Of a stretch of DNA of 64,000 bases, positions 1 to 64,000 are shown piece after piece (position 1 is the first letter of the stretch; each line of letters starts with the position of its first letter). The notes beneath the pieces are model-generated. The model was not told where the DNA came from. It saw nothing but the letters and a program-made list of their open reading frames with translations, and made no database searches. The stretch is from Eledone cirrhosa. Lineage: Eukaryota. The stretch spans positions 196,354,001-196,418,000 of the forward strand of contig OZ024740.1 of NCBI GenBank assembly GCA_964016885.1, written 5' to 3'. The position numbers were made by a program, and so were the translations under genes.

Positions 1-215
1 ACAAAATCTAAAGACATCTTTTTGTTTCTTTTGCAGATGACACAAGATATTGGAAATATGTACGAAATGAAGAAGAGAGAATGCAAGCATCTAAATTAAA
101 AATTAATATTAACATAGATGGATTAAATCTAAGCAAATCCAGGATTAAAACTTTTTAGCAGGTCCAACCCTAGTACTTCCAACAGGCTTTATATATATCA
201 CATAAAGCAACAGAG

Positions 216-257
<42 letters not shown>

Positions 258-268
258 GACATTTCATC

Positions 269-1189
269 ATGGCAGCACTCAACAAATTTCTACAAAAGTT
301 TTTAAAAACCTATGAATTTTTGCATCACAAGTTATTACGTGTGGCCATTATTCTAATTCTCTTGGTGCAGATAATCGTTGTTGACTACCAGTTGGTGTAC
401 TATAAAAATACAAGCACTTATTGGTGTATGTTAATACCAGACTCTGTATACTTAGGTTTATTTTTTGCTTACATTTTCATCAGCTATCGCAAACTATTTA
501 AGAGTTATATGTATGAGTCTAAACGGACTTTTCCCTTTGGGCCTGTTACATGGGTGAATTATGCAGTAGTTTTATCTAGTAAACTGATAATAATTTTCAC
601 TTCCTTTGCAACACGGATGGAAGATGAAAATGGAATTGAGAGTGCAAATACACTGAGAGCTATGTTTGGTTTAACAGCAGTTGTATTCTTCTTACTGCTA
701 ATGTCTCATATACATGAAAGCACACCAAAAAGTCTAAAAACATTTATATATACAGTTGGAGCAACAGTGCCAATAGACTTATTAGACACAATGGATATCA
801 TGGAATTACTATATGAAGAAGAAGAAACAAGAAACATATCACAAGGTATGGTCTACATGATATTGGTGATAATGGTTGGCAATCTGCTGATACCAGTATT
901 TCCATGTACCATACTTTATGTTCAAGAATTTGAGAGTAAACATATTTTTATAAATTTGATGATAGCGCAAAAAGTGGTCCAGATTATTGTTATAAATTTA
1001 TTGTTCATGTCCATTCGCCTAATTCTGTGGCAAGAGTTTGGTAGAGGATTTTCAGCTTTCATTATTAAGAATATTTTAGTTATGGGAATATTATCGTATG
1101 ATGTGTTTCGTATTTGTAAAGAAAGGAGGGAAGACGAAATCAAAGAGGAACCTGTAGTTAATTATAAAGAAGGAGAAGTCCATATATAA
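269..1189 (+). CDS. TMEM121/CECR6-family multi-pass membrane protein (306 aa, single coding exon)
   Basis: Uninterrupted 306-aa ORF with several hydrophobic helices. Motifs IDLLDTMDIMELLYE and NLLFMSIRLILW...SAFIIKN resemble the CECR6/TMEM121 family as I recall it. A polypyrimidine-AG acceptor ending at 36 (tttgtttcttttgcag) suggests an upstream 5'UTR exon outside the window. Confidence 0.75.
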   Translation: MAALNKFLQKFLKTYEFLHHKLLRVAIILILLVQIIVVDYQLVYYKNTSTYWCMLIPDSVYLGLFFAYIFISYRKLFKSYMYESKRTFPFGPVTWVNYAVVLSSKLIIIFTSFATRMEDENGIESANTLRAMFGLTAVVFFLLLMSHIHESTPKSLKTFIYTVGATVPIDLLDTMDIMELLYEEEETRNISQGMVYMILVIMVGNLLIPVFPCTILYVQEFESKHIFINLMIAQKVVQIIVINLLFMSIRLILWQEFGRGFSAFIIKNILVMGILSYDVFRICKERREDEIKEEPVVNYKEGEVHI

Positions 1190-1464
1190 TCTGTCAATCA
1201 CTACACTTGATTTCTCACTTTCAAACAAATATTTTGTTTCCTTTTCCTTTACAAACATTGTTTTCTTAAATTACCTGTTTACCTAATAATATATGCTTTA
1301 CATAGATATCTTCTTTCCCCTGCTCACATAATGAATTCTCACTATATACAAATGAAATCACACAAATGTAATACTGAGGTTCAGTCATTGAAAGCATATG
1401 TTAAATGTGACCCCTTTTAAGAAGTTCACATCTCAAATGCTTTTGCTTTGTCAGTATTTGTATC

Positions 1465-1621
1465 CAGTGGTAGATCTACTATGAAACTAACAAAGTTTAA
1501 GCTTATGGGCCCCTAATGTTGGAGTGGCTCCAGAAGTGACTTTTGTCTTATTGTTGCTGGTTGTAAAGGGGCCTCTTAACAGTTCAAGCTTTAAGGTCAC
1601 AAAAATGTAGGTCTGCTACTG
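1465..1621. mobile_element. hAT-like MITE
   Basis: Imperfect TIRs CAGTGGTAGATCTAC / GTAGGTCTGCTACTG; TSD degenerate. Confidence 0.5.
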
Positions 1622-4029
1622 TTTTATTGACACCTGAGATTCTGGCCTAGACATTGAAAGAGATCTTGGATTTGGACAGCTAAACAAAAGCAAAGACACT
1701 AGCAACAATGACATTTCCTCTAGAGACAAGAAGGCAGAGATATATAAAATTAGTTCAGTAAATATCTGAATATCACCAGCAAGTTTTCAATCACAAGAAC
1801 TGAAACAAATGTATTAATCCATGTGTAAAAGAAAAAAAAAATCACAATACAAACTAAGAACAGTACACATGAGAATTAGAGGACTATTGTATGAGTTAAA
1901 TATTCAAAACAGATATATTTGGTGCAACAAGAAAGAGCTGAACTGAATTTAGAAAAGAAACAGGAATTTAGAAAAGAAATATTAACCAGGAAAATATAAT
2001 TAGGTATTGACTTTACATATATAGCCAGAGAAAATAATATTACATAGCTGACTAACATAGAAGATATTATCAATGTTAGTTGTTAAAAATATGATAGTAA
2101 TACAATAATGACTTCAGCGGTGTTATAAAGAAGAGACTGATATAAAAAAACAACCCACAGAAATGGTTGCACTGACGTAAAGAAAACAAAGATATCAAAG
2201 TGACATTGAATCAACCTAAAGCTTTAAAAAATATATTAATGGAATACTTAAATAAAAAAAAATGTAAAATAAACATAACTATCCCATGAAACAGTTTAAA
2301 AATACAATAAATTGCTTCAAATGACATTTGATGTAAATATGTGAATGCCATGCCAATCTGTGTGAATGAAAATTATAAATTATTATGACCATTGGTTTTC
2401 ATTTTAAGTCCATAACTATATTACATTAAATTTGCTCAAGCCCTTAATGCTGAATATCAGAGGGATCAAGTTCAAATTCAGGCACTGTGAGCGAAATAGC
2501 TTACAGCAGAACATACTGGCACTATGACCTGGATACAGCCCAGCCCCCTTAAAATGTAAGGAGCTAAGGGCTTAGATGTCCACCTCTCCCTAGAGTTTCT
2601 TGCTATTACTACAATGCTAAAGTAGGGAATCCCAGCTAAAGAGATATTTAAAAATCAAAGCCTGAAATATAAGATCATATAGATAGTAGTAATAAAACAA
2701 ACAAAACTACTGACTTGTTACTGACTTGTTATAGAAACACAGTAAACCAAGAGCTGAGGAGAAAAAAATGAAATATGATTCCTGGATAACTTATTATTCT
2801 TAAACTACATCTCATCTTATCATTGTCCTTTTATACAAAGATTTGTAAGCCACCACATATATAAAACATGTCCTTTTAATGTCCACACATTGAATAACAA
2901 CATCACTGATATCTCAGTACAAATATTAAACACAATCAATGATCTAGTGAATGGATTTGATATATAATCCACAAAGGATTGTTTCGATATATTTCACTAA
3001 TTCTCAGAGATGTTGAATAAATAAATAATGAAGTTTTAATCAGATGTCCTTGAAATTAGTTAACATTTTCATAAAACTGAAAACTCCTGTTCAGTCAATC
3101 ACAAAGAATTCTATAACAAACCTTTCTGTCATAACATAAACAAGTGAGCTGCAGCTCCCGGCTCATCTCAGAGGTCAGAGGTACCAATTAACTACTGACT
3201 TGGACTGTGACAATCTGTATAACCCTTACAAGCAGGGAAAACAGATGTGAAATGACAATGATGAAACATGAAAACAGACACTGAAGTATCTACTGAGAAA
3301 TACTAAGTCAAACATTGATTGATTGAGCAAACTTTAGTTGAACAAACTATTCAACTTTTTTGTGTTGGAACAAAACAAAATAACATAGTACCAGAATGAA
3401 ATAATGTTTATCACAGAATAACTGACACGTCTAAAGAAACTGGTATATCACTGTGTTAGATTCAATATTCAAATATAATACATTTACTGAAGATGACGTA
3501 ATTGTATGGTTGCAGAACAAGTTCGACTTGTGTTTATATAGGGATTTACTTCAAATAAGAATACTTGAAAATCCCTTTTGATTTTATATATGTATACTAA
3601 ATCCATTTACAACTATAACAAAGTACATATAGAGGTGAATCTAAAGTAAATGAAAGGAAAGATTTTTTTTCTTTTAGATTATTTACTAAAGATTACCACT
3701 TCTTGAATAAGTCAAAGAATCTAGTTCATGAGAAGTGCTCAAACAGATAAACATCGAACCATTTTTATAATAATAATAATTGTTTCTACTTTTGGCACAA
3801 GGCCAGCAATTATCCAGTGTATTACTGGTACTTTATTTTATCGACCCCCGCAAGGATGAAAGGCAAAGTTAACCTCGGCAAATAATAATAAAAAAGCCTA
3901 TTTTTTTTTCTCTCCAACCTATTAATATTTTAAAAGAATTTTATATTTATCATAGTTGGAAAAACATGTATGTAAAAAAAAGAAATGAGAAATAAAAGAT
4001 TTTAACATTTCTGAATTTTGTTTTTGTGC

Positions 4030-4270
4030 ATGCATGGCTATGTAGTCAACAAGTTAGCTTTGTAACCATGTTGTTTCGGGTACAGTGTACAATCCCACAG
4101 CACAGTACCATGGGCAAATGTCTTCTAATATAGCCTTAGACAAACCAATGTCTTGTGAGGAAATTTGGTAGATGGAATCTGTGGTGATGCCCATTGTGTA
4201 CATATATGTGTGTATATGTCTGTTTGTACATTGTAATATCAACACCACTTGGGCAGTTGGTGATGTTTAC
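4030..4270 (+). mobile_element. tRNA-derived SINE, degenerate
   Basis: A/B-box-like head (tggctatgtagtc...gtttcgggtacag) followed by a SINE-like body. Confidence 0.5.
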
Positions 4271-4329
4271 GTCCATAGTTTAGTGGTTTGATGAAATCAT
4301 CCCACCCACATCCCAAATTCCCCAGGCAT

Positions 4330-4635
4330 CTTCACCATCCCACCCCACACCATAAAGTGGTCCCCCCTGGAGCCACGACAAAAATGCCCAGTCCACACTA
4401 TAAAGTGGTCATGTAGGTGTCATGACAAAAGTGCCCAGTCGACACTGTAAAGTGCTCGTGTAGGTGTCACAATAAAAAGCACTTGGCACACACTGTAAAT
4501 GTGGTTGGCATTCAGCTGTAGAAACCAAGCCAAAATCAGTTCTGTGTGAGCAAAACATGGTCCTCCAATCCGATCTCTCAGCCTATCCCACTCATTCTAG
4601 CATGGAAATTGGACGTTAAATGATGCTGATGAATG
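4330..4635 (+). mobile_element. RTE-3'UTR-type element with 48-bp repeats and (GAT)n tail
   Basis: Ends in ...ctagcatggaaattggacgttaaatgatg, the RTE-type 3' end shared across the window. Confidence 0.6.
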
Positions 4636-5122
4636 TATATGTTGGCATCAGGAAAGGGATCTGGTTGCAGAAAAAATAAATCCTCAAAAAAGCCTCATCC
4701 AACCTATGCTAGCATGGAAAAACAGACACAAAAGTGATAGTGAGCTGACCTTTTATATTGAGAGTGGAGCATGACATTTTTTAAGGTGTCATTGTGGGCT
4801 ATGGAGTAAAAAAAGGTTAAGAGACACTGATATGGATAGATCATGTAATTTTACAGGAAGTAAACCAGTAATAAAATGAGTTTAGCATCTGCTAAGAATA
4901 AACAAAGAGTATAATGTTTGGACTTGTGGTAAACAATATAGCATTATAAGCTTGTAAACATGAATCTGTTCTGGGTAAATTATTTTTCTTTACATATGTT
5001 CCCAGAGTGTATTTTATCATGCCTCCAGTAAGTATGGTTGACATGTTTAACATAACTGAAGAATTTCTCAATCCTTTTTTAGAGAGAGGGGAGGAGGAGA
5101 CATTACAAGAATATTTACTAAC

Positions 5123-63630
<58,508 letters not shown>

Positions 63631-64000
63631 CTGCAAGAAAAAAAAAAAAAAAAAAAAAAAAATTATATATATAGCAAAGGTAAAAATACATGTGTAAGGA
63701 ATTAAAAATGATTTAAAAGCTAATTTTTCCATCTATCTAAACTATAATAAAGTATGGAGTGCAGGACTGCGTCCAGAATATATTTTTTTATCCCGTTTGT
63801 AAAATAAGTTGGATTACTTTGAATAAATAATGAATGAATGTTACATAATTTATCTACTAAATTTCGTTATTCTTGATTAAATATAAATAATTTTGTGGCT
63901 TATTCTAAGATTCACTTCTTTAAAATTTTCAAATGTCAACACTTCCAGTTAGTGATCGCGTAAATAAAAATTCATATATTTCTGTCACTAATTTTCTCCT

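Overview
AT-rich, repeat-dense eukaryotic DNA, most likely an octopus or other cephalopod genome (inferred from the repeat families and composition). The window lies inside a minus-strand multi-exon gene that I reconstructed by hand as RMC1/C18orf8 (Mic1). It has 11 phase-compatible exons between 63630 and 5123, runs off both ends of the window, and includes one U12-type (minor spliceosome) intron. An intronless TMEM121/CECR6-family ORF (269-1189, +) lies antisense, probably nested in an RMC1 intron. The introns are packed with RTE-clade LINEs (carrying a PHD-like finger inside the RT region and mostly landing in (TA)n), CR1-type LINEs, SINEs, Helitrons, MITEs, Penelope-like, CRE-like and R2/Hero-like relics, a 48-bp VNTR and a ~51-bp satellite. 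The most striking signal is three different type I hammerhead ribozyme motifs in islands within the TA-microsatellite block at 25-31 kb. The best one sits in a 314-bp, 1.5-copy repeat. It has a compensatory U3-A8 core, a long G-U-supported stem I, and an element boundary 4 nt from the predicted cleavage site, consistent with a retrozyme or Penelope-pLTR-like mobile RNA. All family assignments come from motif recognition by eye, not from database searches.
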